Position numbers and translations under genes: made by a program
Source: the human T2T-CHM13v2.0 reference genome, Homo sapiens
NCBI RefSeq assembly: GCF_009914755.1
Contig: NC_060936.1
Direction: 5' to 3' (one strand)
DNA length: 64,000 nt
Part shown: positions 15,556 to 29,958 of the stretch, in pieces
How positions within the stretch are numbered: the stretch's first letter is position 1
How the letters are laid out: every line of letters begins with the position of its first letter
The notes under the pieces: generated by a model
Told to the model about the DNA's origin: nothing
The model's database searches: none
What the model saw: only the letters and a program-made list of their open reading frames with translations

Positions 15556-15875
15556 TGTGGTGCCAGGTTGGGTTTCTGGCAAGCAGAAAGTTAATTTGCT
15601 GAATTATTAGAGAAGGCTCTTGGTATCAACACCCATGAAAACTAAGGAGGCAAAATCAGAATGGCGTAGGGAAAAGTCAAGGTCGGGTTTGTCCTGCATT
15701 GATCTGAAATGCCTGGACCTTCATACCCCTGCCTCCATCAGTCACTGGATGAGTGCCACCTGGGAAGGATGTAGGGGGTCTGATCCTTGAAGGGGCTGTC
15801 AGTTGAAGGATGCTTCCTGATGGCTCTCTCAGTAGTAGGAACAAAAAGTCATTCCTTGACGGGATCTGGGTAACA
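15556..15875 (-). mobile_element. ERVL LTR (LTR16-like)
   Basis: ccaggttgggtttctggcaagcaga...cttggtatcaacacc...catcagtcactggatgagtgccacctggga resembles recalled LTR16. Confidence 0.5.
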
Positions 15876-16049
15876 TTTTTTGTGTGTTTCTTACCTATTA
15901 AACCTGGTTTTGTGAGAGAAACTAACTGTAAAACTTACTATAAATGTTAATTTTATAATTCATATGATGATCAAACTTTTATTAAGGGTCTACTGTGTAA
16001 TAGCTACTTGATATAAATAAAAACATTAAACCTGACATTTTTCTCTTTC

Positions 16050-16338
16050 CTTTTTTTTTGATACTGAGTCTTGCTCTGTCACCCAGGCTGGAGTGCAGTG
16101 GTGTGATCTTGGCTTACTGCAACCTCCACCTCCCAAGTTCAAGCGATTCTCATGCCTTAGTCTCCTGAATACCTGGGACTACAGGCAAGTGTCACCACAC
16201 CCAGCTAGTTTTTGTGTTTTTAGTAGAGACAGGATTTCACCACGTTGGCCAGCTGGGCTTGAACTCCTGGCCTCGTGATCCACTTGCCTTGGCCTCCCGA
16301 AGAGCTGGGATTACAGGAGTGAGCCAGGGTACCCGGCC
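16050..16338 (-). mobile_element. AluS
   Basis: Antisense full Alu; flanks cctgac(a/t)ttttt. Confidence 0.9.
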
Positions 16339-17374
16339 TGACTTTTTTTTTAATGTATGTTATTTCTTCTCTTAAAGTTGATAGTCTTTAGACCCATTGC
16401 AGTAATCCTCAAACAACCATTGAAGGATCAGGGTCGCACAAAAATACATATTGGTTACTAACTATGTTCAACACTTCAGAAATGTGAATCTTTTCTGCAT
16501 AAAGTTCTTCCTTGGCATTTCAACACCATAAACAGTAGAATATTTTTGGCAATTGTTAAGCAGGGTAATTGCCAATACATAATTTTTGATCCACTATGAC
16601 ATAATTACAATAACAAAATTTACATATCTTAGTACTTCTTGAAGAACAAAATAAAAAATACTTTTAAGTTAAAACATTCTTGAAGAATACATAGTGGTAT
16701 AAAAACTGAGCCTCAGGAAAAAAATAAAGGGAAATGCCATTTAATATGTTTTATTATCAACTGGGGAGCCAAAAATAAGTCATACGTAATGGAATTTCAT
16801 TGTGTAGCAGTGGAATTTCCCCCAGAGTTTTATTAAAAGCTTTAACACAGTTTGAACTCCTCAGTGAAGTCAATGGCCTGGCCAAGGTCTGAGTCAGCAT
16901 TTTAAGTAAATATGCTAATTTTTTAGCTCAACAAAGAAAATGTTACTTTTAGTGCATTTCCAATTTAAAACAATCTTTTTACTCTACTAGTTATAAACTA
17001 TTCAGTGTAACCTAACTGAATGTTTTGATTGGTTATATTAAAATTTGCATTTCCTCAACAGTCTGAGAATGGTTTACTTGTTGACTGATCACAGTAAGAA
17101 GATTAAATTAGTAGCCCATGAATTAATAAGAAGTGCATTAGATGTTGATACAAAGCTTAATACAAATCATAATAGTGATCATTTTGCATTTGTATCATTT
17201 TACGCATTCAAAAGGATAAACCACATTCATTAGTTGATTTTAAAACATTAGATATGTCTATGTATGCAAATGAAAGTGGAGGATAAGAAAATAGATCTAA
17301 AAAATTAATTTTTCACTTGTCCTATCATTATCCGCTCTTTAGAAACCCTGCAGGTATAATAGAAAATTCTATAA

Positions 17375-17532
17375 TCTTACTGTTCAGAGTGTGAACCTTG
17401 ATTGAGAATAGGTGTCACTTGGTTGCCTGTTAGAAATGCTGGTTTTCAGGCCTTACGCCAAACCTGCTACACTGGAATCTGCATTTTACCAAGATACCCA
17501 GGTGATTTGTATTCACATTAAAGTTTGAGAAG
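17375..17532. mobile_element. MER5-family hAT fossil
   Basis: tgttagaaatgc...tcaggcc...gaatctgcattttaccaagatacccaggtgatttgtattcacattaaagtttgagaa. Confidence 0.75.
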
Positions 17533-18561
17533 AATTAAATCTGCAGTGCTTTTGTCTCTGACAAACTGAAGTTAAAATTCCAGTTTTTTTAACATTATCC
17601 AAATAATTGCTTCTTCCCTTTAGTTACACAAATAAATATAAGTATAACATATTCTGAGGCATAAAACTCCATACAGAAATGTGAGTCATTGAAGTTAATT
17701 TCTGTTTTAAATTCTGAGGAACTAAAGGTATAGGGTAGAATTAGGAAGCTTCTCTTTGAATAAAAATGTTCAAGTTATCCAATTACAAAATATGATTAAT
17801 AGGCCTAATTTTATTTTTGTATATATTTGACCTTTTCCATCAGAATGATTTCCTAGAAATGTTAAATGGAGGGTTCAGGAAGCAAGCAAAGAAAACAATT
17901 TCCATCAAATAACATTATTTGACCACTGCTTACACAGAACAATCATCTTATGAACTATTTTCTCATTTCTTTGCATAAGTGAAATTTCAAAACAATGCTT
18001 TCCCCCACTCCCTTCATTTCTTGTGGGTAGCATAAGAGGATTTGCAACCCTGCTTGGTTTATGAGTCTCATATTACTGACTTTGCTCTGCAGATAGATGA
18101 AATAGGACCTCAAATGCAGTGGATGTTATGGTTAAAGCTGTTCTTATGTCATTTAGAGATTGTTTTTAGATTAAGGATCATTTGACCTTGAGTGACGGTG
18201 GTTGCTTAATTACCTATCATGGTGCCTCCAATAAGAGGTTGTCCAGTGCTGTCAGCCCATTACCTGCCTGTGCCATTCTAAAGCTTCTTGCTTCAGAAGA
18301 TCTCTCAGCAGGGTTAGAACAAGGTAAAGAGCTTAAATAAGCAAGCTATATTTATCAGCAATAAACAGCAGTCCCTGCAAATGTCCTACCCAGTAAATTA
18401 ATCTATAAAGGGATGGCTCTACCTGCATGAAAATAGAACTGATTTTCTAAAATTATTTATTAGTATTATTGTGAGCAGATAATACTCTACCATTGATAAT
18501 AATAGAGACTTGTATAGCAGTTTCATGGCAGTCCCTATAAATATATCAGAAAAGATGAGTG

Positions 18562-18859
18562 TTTTTTTTTTTTTTTTTTGAGACAGAGTCTCACTCTGTT
18601 GCCCAGGCTGGAGCACAGTAGTGCTATCTTGGCTCACTGCAACCTCTGCCTCCTGGGTTCAAGCAATTCTTGTGTCTCAGCCTCCGAGTAGCTGGGACTA
18701 CAGGCATGCACCACCATGCCTGGCTAATTTTTGTATTTTTAGTAGAGATGGAGTTTCACCATGTTGGCCAGGCTGGTCTCAAACTCCTGAGCTCAAGTGA
18801 TCTGCCTGGCTTGGCCTCCCAAAATGCTGGGATTACAGGCGTAAGCCACCGTACTCGCC
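18562..18859 (-). mobile_element. AluSx-like
   Basis: Antisense full Alu with T19 tail. Confidence 0.92.
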
Positions 18860-20307
18860 AACGGTCTCTTTACATTAAAAGAATTTAGTCAGTCTAAAAC
18901 TTCACATGGTATATTCTGTAGTGAGGAAACCGCATAGAAGGAAGAATGTCTATAGCAGCTTCAATAAGATGGAATTGATTAAGTTATATAAGATTTGAAA
19001 CAACAATGAGGAAAGTTGTAAGACTGAGAGGAAAGTTGTAAGACTTGTTTAGATGGCTCAAGTTAGGGATAATTTCAGTGCAAAACACTAAAACTATGCC
19101 ATCAAGGAGACCAATATTGGTGGCAGGTGATAAGGAGGCAGTAGATAGAATAATGGATTTGTGCCTGGAGAATTAAGTTTCTATGAAGCTGCAGCTTATG
19201 TTAATAACAGGGCAATGTTTAGATTACACGTTGGCAATTAACCCTAAAATTTGGGTTGTTAAAATGCTGCAGCTTTTACTTTTCTTTGACTGGGGCCTTC
19301 CCACATCCAATTGCTACCCTGTTACCTAACATAGTGCCTTACATAAGTGATTATTACATATCTGTTAATGACAATGAATTTTTAAGAATATTTTAGGAAA
19401 TGATGGCCATAACGTGGCTTTGGATAGGGGCTAAATAATAGAGGCATCATATATCTTACTGAGTTCTGTGGTAAACTTAAATAAAGCAGCACCAGAGCTT
19501 TGATTGTATCACTTAAGAGTATGTTCACAGATCACGGGTTCTCTCTCTCTCTCTTTCTCTCTTAAACACAATCGAGAAATGCCTGCAGCTCTGGCAAAAA
19601 GACATAAGCCAAATGTAGATCAAAGAAACATCTAAGTATTGTATTTTCTTAGCCACTGGTACGAAATAGGGTATGATAATAGAGAGCAGTTTTATGGCTT
19701 ACAGAAATAGAAAACTATTTTATATTTATTTTGGTCTCCATTCAAAGGCAATATTTTTAGATATTTCTATACCACCAAAGGACTTCTATCTCAACAACAG
19801 TGAATGGTAATGCACTTAAACAACAGGGTTCAAATTATTATAATAAAGTAAACCAGATTCATCTTGGCTATAAAAGTTAAAGACATAAAAATAGACTGGT
19901 ATTAATGTGTGACTCACCCTCAGGAGGGCATATGCTTTTCCAGTAGCAGTGATAGGTCTGACCAGATCCATTTCTACTCTCTTGCCCAGCAATAGTCCCT
20001 GGTGGCATTTGTGTTTACTGGGACTTTGCGACAGGCAGTGTTTGACTGCTTTACGGGAAGTACAAGGGTAGGAAAGAAGTTATAAAACCTATTTCTACAG
20101 GTATGGAGTGAACAATGAGATTATTATAATGGAGAAGAATCTTAAATGTAAATGTTATCTTTATTAAAATACAGGGAAGTTGAGTGACCATTACGAAGAT
20201 AGCAATTCTGTAAAGTAATATATAATTGTGATTGAAGAACTTTGGAAACCAAATAAATGACTTGTCTGATAGCCACATATTATTGGTTGCAAAATATTAG
20301 TTAAGTG

Positions 20308-20925
<618 letters not shown>

Positions 20926-20929
20926 AACT

Positions 20930-21200
20930 GTATGTCCATTGAAGAATATGAGCCGAGGTGACGTGTTTCCCCTGTTCATCAGTGAACCTTCTCCACCTTC
21001 TCTTTCACCATCTATTGGCTGGAAGTAAAAGATTCCCAGGCCCCAGAAGATGGTGTGGCTATGGGATGGGAGGAGCCTGGGAACCTGAATCACTCCCTGG
21101 AAGGCTATCCTTCTAACACCTGCGTTGAAATATTGTATGAACAAGGACATATTTCTATCATGTTAAACCACTAAAACTTTCTGAACTGTTTATTAGAGTA
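20930..21200 (+). mobile_element. Old MLT1 LTR fragment
   Basis: gatgggaggagcctgggaacctgaatcact...ttctatcatgttaaaccactaaa. Confidence 0.55.
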
Positions 21201-22654
21201 GTCATTATTATATCAAGAGAGTGTATGTTCAAATTTTAAGTAAATTTTAACACGCAAATAAAAGGACCTTTACCTCTTTAAACCAAACCTTTTTGAAAAT
21301 CCTCAAAATCAAGTATTCTTGATAGAAGTTCAAGTATTGATAGATATCAAGTATTCTTGATAATAAGCACAATTTCGGTGTAATTTATACTTCACTTATT
21401 TGGTAGGCACTTATCTTAGTTCTGATTTTCCCATGTGAAGAATCTTTATGCTTCAACTGTGGGAATATTAGAATGAAATGTTCAGATGTCTTTTCACTGT
21501 GAACTTTTCTTCCTTTTTTAGAATTGTGAAGTATACAGGCTAACGGCCCTGGAAAAGGCACCTTTGAAATAGACTAAAGATGATGATTGGATTATCAAGA
21601 TTTGAATAATGTTTTCTAATGTGCTTTTATACTCCTTAGCGGAAAAACCTGAATGAGAAACAAAATTGTTTGTGGCCTGGCTAGTGAGGCAGGGGCCCCT
21701 TTGAAATGTGAATTTATCCTTTCAAACATGAGGATCTATTTATCCAGTAATCTATTTTTAGGGTCAATATTTTTTACTTCACACATTATAAAATAATAGA
21801 TGCTTAGTAAAATCATGAGAACAAATGTTTCTGTCTGATAAATCAGAGGTACCGTTTATATTTACATTTTGCTGAGTCTTTTTCTCTGTATTAAAGTGTG
21901 TTTACTTCTCCGGTTTGTTTTAATTCTGTTTATTTTAAATTTTAATAATCTCATGCTAATATTGTAACAATGCAAACAATAAAGAAGTATATGTAATACA
22001 AAGAAAAACTCTCTCTTCACTTTGCCCAGCCCCACTACTCTGTATAGAATAAACCCTTTTCCTTACTTAAAGTGTGACCTTCCAGATGTGTCCTTTTGCA
22101 TTTAGGCATTTATATATATTTGTCCATGCAGATAATTTCAAATGTAATTTATATATGATATATAGATAGGATATATAAATGGATGTATATGTGTAGGTGT
22201 ATATGTCCATATATATGATATATGCAAATACATGTTATGTTTTTGTACTTAACATTATATTTAGAGGGCTTTTCTGTGTAATGAAACACATTTAATAAAA
22301 ATATAGTTCTTCACACAGCCATTTTGTAATTCATTAAATTATGACATATTAATAGGACAATTTCTTTAAATATTTTAAAATTTAACATTGCTATGGACAT
22401 GCATCTTTGATTATCTTTTTCAAACAAATTTCTGAATTAAAATAGGTAGGTCAAATAATATAAACTGTTTCATGACTATTGATGTAAATGTTTTCCTCTA
22501 TTTTAATAAACGTATCTCCCAAATAAATACCTGTATCTTTAATATTTCTTGATTTTACAAATCTGGAAATCAGAACAGAGAAAAAAATTCCTTTTTATCT
22601 TTCAGTCTGGGAATCTATCTACCGGAAAGCAACATGAGCCAGAAATGTCACAGT

Positions 22655-22826
22655 CATTGGCTCTCAACTTTTTCTGCATATTGGAATCCTCAAGGGATTA
22701 TTAACTAATAATGCTGGCTCCCACCCTTCAGATATTCTGATTTAATTGGGATGGGTGCAACCCGGACACTGGGATTTTAAAAAGCTCCCCGGGTAATTCT
22801 AATTTGCAGCAAAGTTTGGAAACCAC
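22655..22826. mobile_element. MER5-family hAT fossil
   Basis: ttctgatttaattgggatggg...gggattttaaaaagctccccgggtaattctaatttgcagcaaagtttggaaaccac. Confidence 0.8.
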
Positions 22827-24729
22827 CCTCATAGAGCATTCAACCATTGGAAGATACCCAGACACATGTGGCCAAGAGGTCAAATGAAGGTCACTGGACA
22901 GATTTCTATGCTTGTTATTTAGAATAAGAACTATTTCTTCTGGTAGTGAAAACATTGCTGATAGATACACTGCTGATAGTATTCAAAACTACTCATCACC
23001 TTGACTCTCAAAATAAATCCAACTAGAAAAATAGGATTGACCTAACCTAATACTGTAATACTCTAAAGCACTAGATTGTAAAAGCATCTTCCCCAGCGAC
23101 TGCTGGAGAGTTTGGAAAAAAGCCTCCCCTTTTTGCAAATTGATTTTTGTCTTGGCTGTAGTGTTTGCTTGTTTAAGCATTAATGACTTGATTTGGAAAG
23201 AAATAGCTTCCTGTATGGCCCAGATTAAGAAAAGCCATCTTTATTCTGCCAGAAATTGTGTACAAATGCTAGCATGTAAACAGTGCAACCTGTGACATTT
23301 TTTTTTACACTCAAACAGGCAAGGTGACACACATGGCTTAAGGGCTAAAAGAAACATGAGAGCTGTAACGCAGTTACAATCGGAAGTGCTAAATTTCCCT
23401 TGGGACCATAAGGAAAGCTTCCTGCTCTTTGTAGATTGGCCTATTATTGGAATACATTTGCCCACAGTTAATCCTCAAAGTAATTAAATGGAAGGAAGTG
23501 ATTAAATCACCAAGAAAAAAGTGACTGCTGCATCTGAAGCATTCAGACAGATTGTTGGTTAGTCATGAACATTAGTTAAGGAAGCATCTGCCAATTAACC
23601 TGGGCTACTAAATATGTGTGTGTGTGTATGTGTAAGCAAATAGTATTGAAATATGAACTAAATCTCTAGTCTGACTAAGAACAGGAATTTTAAAAGTCAC
23701 AGATACTTTGGTAGAATTATGGTAAACATATATTGTACATAGTCCTTAGCCAATTTAGTAAAGCAGTATTATATTTTCTCCCCAATGACTTATAAATGGA
23801 AAAAATTATTTAATTGAACTGAACTGAAAGTAGAACAAACAAATACTAACATGTCTTTGGTAAATGTTAGTTTTATCATGCCACTTCCATTTTTAGTGGA
23901 TTCAGGAAACCTGGTTGTTAATCTTACTGTTTTCTTATTACTCAATTTTGGGCAAGTTACTTGACCTTTTAGAGTTTCCACAAAATAAAGGGATGGGGCT
24001 GCAGGATTTTTAGGTTTCTTCTAGCTCTGAAAAGCTATTGGTCTAAGAAAAAATAGAAAAACACAACCAGAAATCACATGTGAAATTATTAAAATTCAAG
24101 ATATTATCAAAATAAATATGAGTGGAAAATAAAAGATACATAATGGAATATGTTACATACATATCTGTAACAATCACAAAATGAGATTCCTTGTTCTTCA
24201 AGAACTTTGTGTTATGAACAGGAATCCAAAGCAGTATCAATGAGAGTCATCTAAAGATATCCATTTTTCTATGCCTCTCTGCATTTCTCAATGATTTTGT
24301 GCATTGAAAATGCATTACATTTTCATGATTACATGCATTTAGATGAAGTAGTTCTAAACAGTTACCAAAAATTGTCCTTTTAAAGTAACGGTCTGTACTT
24401 ATAAAATAACTTTAAGACAGATGCACAAAATTAGATAATGAGTCTTGTCTTGGTGGCAACAAGAAAATAAAGTGTCTGCTCTTTGGAGATGGAGTGCATT
24501 AGCTTTTTTAGGCCATCTGTGCATTGTTAGGAACTTCTCTCTTTTAATACTCTGAAAAAAATTAGAATGGTTCTCTCATTGCAAAATGATCTGATTGTCC
24601 TATCCTGGCTCGGTTATTTTGGCCTAATTAATCATCAGGGTAGATTGTTGCATACTTGATTTGGTCATGGTGATTGAGGATATGTGGGTGGGCAGAATTA
24701 TTCAATTGACTAGAATACTGTTAACTTTT

Positions 24730-25330
24730 TATGCATCTATTTAATTTTAACAAACATTAACTGAGCTCCCGCTATCAATATTATATACCATGGACACAAA
24801 ATTATGTAACCTCAAATGCTTCTTTTTTAGTAACTCATGGTAAAGAGTTAAGTTGAGGGACAAAAATAATTTTATAAACTATAACAATAATGTTATTCTA
24901 TATTCTACTAGGATTAAAATCAAATTGTTTTGGGACAGCAGAGGATGAAGAAACTCATTTTGACTGAAGTTATTGGATGAGACATGGCTGTGGACAACTT
25001 CAGAGAAGATATATTTAAGCAGAACCTTAAACTTATGTCAGAATTTTTAATCACCAGAGATCAGCAAAGCCAAAGGTGTGATGTGAAAGGACATGGGATG
25101 TCTGGGAAGCAGGGAACAGCTCAGAGGTCTGGATCATAGACAGGATTGATGGACATGATAAATAATGGAGTAGAGTGACACAGAAAAGGGTGTTGGAGCC
25201 AGACCTTGAAGGACCTCGACTTTGTTGCTAGAGGAAATTGTTGAAAAGGGTCAAAGTGAGAGTGTATGTTGGCCACTATTAGCTGCCCTAAGTGGTACAT
25301 GAAAGAAATGAGATTAGGCAAGAATAGGCT
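24730..25330 (-). mobile_element. L2 remnant
   Basis: aacaaacattaactgagctccc...ggagccagaccttgaaggacctcgac...ttgaaaaggg, typical degraded antisense L2. Confidence 0.5.
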
Positions 25331-25399
25331 GATATTAAAGCAAAGTTAGAAGGAAATGGGAAGAAACCAGAGGTCTTATGAGGGTTAGCAAAGTTGAGT

Positions 25400-27068
25400 G
25401 CTTTCATATCTCAAATAGTGAGAGAGAAAACTGAGAAAGAGTTTGGGCATCAGAGGTCCAATAAGGCTTTTCATTCAAAGAAAAGCCTCAGCCTTATGCT
25501 AACATTCCACTTAGAGAAATTTTTGTTTCAGATAAGCTAAAGATACCTGCCATTAATGTATGAAAGAGAATAACAAGAAAGTGAGATAACAAAGAAATAC
25601 ACAGATGCGAAGAAATATGTAGGCTGTAGACTTATATGGAGGAAAGAATTGTTAGGCTACTACTATTTGGAAGGGACTGAAAGCAAATAGATCAGAAGCT
25701 TACTAAGTTTTTATGTGAATTGTGCTGCTAAAAATTCTTGAGATTAAAGTAAAAAATAAAAGACTTTGATTTTTTCAAACCTGAATACAAACTATGGGTT
25801 CAATGTTTGCCCTAGCAGGAAGTTCCTACAAAGGCTAACATTGTCAAAGAAGGCATATTCCCAAAAGCCTATCTTATATGTAGCCGTGGAGGATAATGGA
25901 CAAGGAAGAATATTCCAGAGACAGTGGATCTAGGGCCAGTGTAAAACAATGGACAAGAGAGTTCTTCTCAGAGAATAAAATCAGTCTAATCTAGGATGTT
26001 TCCTTACTCCAGGGCAAAGGGCTTTCCTGCCCACCCAGCAGAATTTCAGAATTGCTAGGAACTGGTGACTGCTGTATGTTTTTCACTCTTTCCTTTTTCA
26101 AATATAATTTTTTTTTTTTTTTGAGAAGGAGTCTTCCTCTGTTGCCCAGGCTGGAGTGCAGTGGCAGGATCTCTGCTCACTGCAACCTCCGCCTCCCGGG
26201 TTCACACCATTCTCCCTGCCTCAGCTTCCCGAGTAGCTGGGACTACAGGCACCCGCCACCATGCCCAGCTAATTTTTTGTATTTTTAGTAGAGACAGGGA
26301 TTCACCATGTTAGCCAGGTTGGTCTCGATCTCCTGATCTTGTGATCCGCCCGCCTCGGCCTCCCAAAGTGCTAGGATTACAGGCGTGAGCCGCCGCGTCT
26401 GGCCCCAAATGTGAATTTTTATTGCAACTATCCTTTCCCTGTTCCATCATTCGGAGATTTTTTTTTAGAATATAAATTGCTGGTCCATAAAAACCTCTCT
26501 CAGACCTAAGGGAAGATACTGCATCTGGGCCAGGGATCTTGAACTTTGAGCTGATTAAAATGATTGGATGAATTGCTAGGTTGTCTTCTCTGGGGAGGCA
26601 GTTAATGTTTGAAATAAAGAGTGAAATACTCACTTGATGACAAAGGGTAGATAATTGCAGAGACTGCTATATGTTCACTAAAACGAGTCCTCTTTTCTTC
26701 CTAGGCATATAGACTATTTCTCAGATGCACTTGTCAAGATGAGAGAATGTGGGCAGAGGTATGGCATTTCACTCCTGATCCTTAACAAATTTTCATGTAA
26801 TCTTCTACTTCCTCTCTCATATATTGCCTGCCTCCCATTAAGTATCTCCCATTTTCTGGTTGAATGGAAGGGACTCTGAGGACTTAGAGAAGATAGAGAC
26901 ACCAAATGGTAAACCCTGGGTTCCTAAACGATGGAATGCAGCAATCTTGAGAAGCCAGTCAGCAGCTGATTAGACTTAAAAGGGAAAGAAAGAAACTGCT
27001 ATTATGTAAAACCACTATGATTTCGGTGTTTTTCTGTCATAGCAGAAGTCACATTGACTAGACATACA
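25400..27068 (+). mobile_element. Old MaLR internal region (MLT1H/J-int-like) followed by its MLT1 3' LTR (~26655-27068), interrupted by an Alu
   Basis: gaaagcaaatagatcagaagcttactaagttttt resembles recalled MLT1-int; the LTR ends ...aaaccactatgatttcggtgtttttctgtcatagcag...gacataca. Confidence 0.5.
26108..26404 (-). mobile_element. Alu (AluY/Sc-like)
   Basis: Antisense full Alu with several CpGs retained; flanks caaat(a/g)t..attttt. Confidence 0.92.
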
Positions 27069-27149
27069 TCCAAAAGTTCACGTTTGGTGGACTAGGCGAG
27101 GAGTTCACAGGCCAGAGTGAAGTACTGCATAATAAATCACTAATAGTGA

Positions 27150-27500
27150 ATTCCGTGGCCTAGCCTATGGTCTCACCTCGGCTCCCTCAGGTGGCTGTAT
27201 TTAGGTGGTGGGTTGACTGGTGGCTGGGCTTAGCTATGATGGCTGAGTTGACTGTTTGTCTCCATCTATGTTGTCTTTCATTCTCAAGGAGCCTATATTG
27301 GGGCTTTCAGAGCCTGGTGATATCAGAGTTCCAAGAGGGTGAGAGGAAGTTGCAGGGACTCTTGAGACCTTTCTTGAAAATAGTGCAACATTATTTCTGA
27401 TGCACTGTATTGGCCAAAGGAAATCAGGTAGCTTGGCCACATTTGGGAAGTAGGGAAACAGACTCTGCCTTTTTGATGAAGAATTTTTGACTATTTTTTA
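27150..27500 (-). mobile_element. Old MLT1 LTR fragment
   Basis: gagttccaagagggtgagaggaagttgcaggg...tattggccaaagg...gggaaacagactctgcctttttgatg. Confidence 0.55.
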
Positions 27501-28042
27501 TCATCTACAAACCCTTACAAAAGTACTCAGAATATAGTAAGTGCTCAATAAATGGTTGTTGAATTGTATGCATGAATGGAGAAAGTGGGTTGGAGTCCTG
27601 AAAAAGAAGATAACATATTGGCAATGCTGCTATTGAAAATGGAAAAAGGAACCAATCATGGATAAGTGAAAGAATTGCTGAGCAATACGGATAGTCCAGC
27701 TGAGCTTGAAAATTGTAAATTTGTTTTTCCGCCAATTTTCTCCAATTGCATTTGGTAGTTTGGGAGCAAGCCCACAGAAACAGATGGTTGGGTTGATCCA
27801 GGTTAGGGATTAGTACTCTGCAAACTAGCAGTAGTGGGAGGTTGAGTCTGCCCAAGTTGGTTCTGTGCCTTCTCAGCTCTCTGCTCACTCAGGAGCTGGC
27901 CACTCCATGGAATACTCTGCATCCTAAATGTCCTCACTCATTCTGGTCCACTGTCTGATACCAAAACTCCATGTTGGATTACAAAGTAAGTTAATTGAGG
28001 TTGTGACCTACATGGTTCAGGTCTAAAGTGAAGTACAGATAA

Positions 28043-28082
<40 letters not shown>
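28043..28082. repeat. (CA)n microsatellite
   Basis: Direct. Confidence 0.95.
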
Positions 28083-28084
<2 letters not shown>

Positions 28085-28861
28085 AGGAATTCCATTTGCA
28101 TTCCTCGGAAGACATATGGGGATCTGATTTTTGCATTTATTTTCTTTCCTTTTCAATTCTCCAGGCTACTGCTGGAGCCTTCTACTTCCCACCCCACCAT
28201 TCTCTGCTGTCAATCTAGCCCTCAAGGAGAGCAGCCCTATTCATACTCCTCCTACCAATTTTCCCCAGTTCTTTCTCCTGGCTCTTTAGACCCTTCCTTT
28301 CATTCTGCATCACAAAAGTCTTAAGACTGTCTGGCAGAGTCAGGCTTGTCTCCAAAGGTGGATATGAGGGTGAAAGGGCGAATGTGAGAGTAAGTTGAAA
28401 AATTGACAGTTACCAGGTCTTTTTGGCAACTGAGGGAGTGCTAAAAACCATGACTACTTCTACCTTATTTTTCTAGATTTTTACCACTCAGACTAATTTT
28501 ATCTTTTTTCACTGTACTTGATATTTTGAACCCATATTTACTTTCTTGGTATTCCTTGCCCAAGATGAATGACCTATTTCCCTTTGTTCCATGGCTCATA
28601 GACAATTTCTGTTTTGCCTAGGATTCTTAGCCTCAGGGAAAGCCCTGTATCTACACAATCATATCTCCCTTTCCTAATCAGCATTCCTATGCAGGGGAAG
28701 ACAGACAGGAGGAGGCAAGTAAATCAAAGAATCAAGACTTAGTGCTGGGATGTAAGACACCGAAGCAGAGGAGGTTGAGGAATTGGGCACTTAGATGATT
28801 TTTCAGTGTTGGTAGTGGAGTTGCCTAAGATAATGGGGGAGACTACAGAAGAGAATAGCTA

Positions 28862-29227
28862 TGATATGGTTTGGCTGTGTGCCTACCCAAATCTCATCTT
28901 AAATTATAGCTACCATAATCTCCACACATCATGGGAGAGACCCAGTGGGAGATAACTGAATCACAAAGGTGGGTTTTTCCTATGCTGTTCTTGTGATAGT
29001 GAACAAGTCTCATGAGATCTGATGGTTTTATAAAGGGCAGTTCCCCTGCACACATTCTCTTGCCTGCCACCATGGGAGATGTGCCTTTGTTCCTCTTTCA
29101 CCTTTTTGCCATGATTGTGAGGCTTCCCTAGCCACATGGAACTGCGAGTCCATTATGCCTCTTTTTTCTTATAAATTACCCAGTCTTGGGTATGTCTTTA
29201 TTGGCAGTGTGAAAATGGACTAATACA
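28862..29227 (+). mobile_element. THE1 (B/C-like) MaLR solo LTR
   Basis: tgatatggtttggctgtgt...catgagatctgatggttttataaagg...ataaattacccagtcttgggtatgtctttat...ggactaataca. Confidence 0.92.
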
Positions 29228-29909
29228 ACTATAAACCAATTAACAATGTCCTGAGAGAATATATGGGGCTGCACTGAATGTTGGTAGATGCTGGATACAG
29301 TGGATAAGAGCAATGCCAGTGGATGGAGAGTTTCAAGGAAATGACAAGACAGTGGATGAGAGGCATGGAAACAGCTGTGGGAAAGCAGGAGGAGCATGTT
29401 CTGACTCCTTGATGTGACAGGCTAAGTGGATACTAGGGAGCAGCACTTTCCATGGAAGAATTGGAGGGAAGTTACAGCATCTGCAAAAAGTTAAGTGGAG
29501 TCAGTAATCTCAGTTTGTACTTTCAGGCTGTAGATTTCAGGATAACAGGAAAAAGATATTGTCAGTTCTAAGAAAGTTACCTTGTTAGCTGTTTTGAGAC
29601 TCCAAAGTGAATCTTTTAGTATAATTCCTCAATTCATTCTTGTATCAAATAGTTATTGGCCAGGAACAAAACTGAGTGCTTAAATATAAGGATGAATGAA
29701 ATAAGATTTCTGCCATTAAGCAGCTCACAGTGTTTTTAAGGCAAAAGGAAAAGAAACAGGTAACTTAAAACAAATTGTAAGTCATATGATAGCAGTGAGC
29801 ACGGTTCTATGGAACACCGAGTAGAGGCATCCTACCAGAATAGGGGGTAGGAGGTGGACTGAGAAAAAGAAGCCTGAGCTGTGTCTTTAAATATGAGTTA
29901 ATGAGGTAA

Positions 29910-29911
<2 letters not shown>

Positions 29912-29956
<45 letters not shown>
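29912..29956. repeat. (TG)n microsatellite
   Basis: Direct. Confidence 0.95.

Positions 29957-29958
<2 letters not shown>

Noticed and set aside
15752-15766. CTCF-like gtgccacctggg
   Set aside because: Lacks the invariant C of the core's 5' half; inside an LTR
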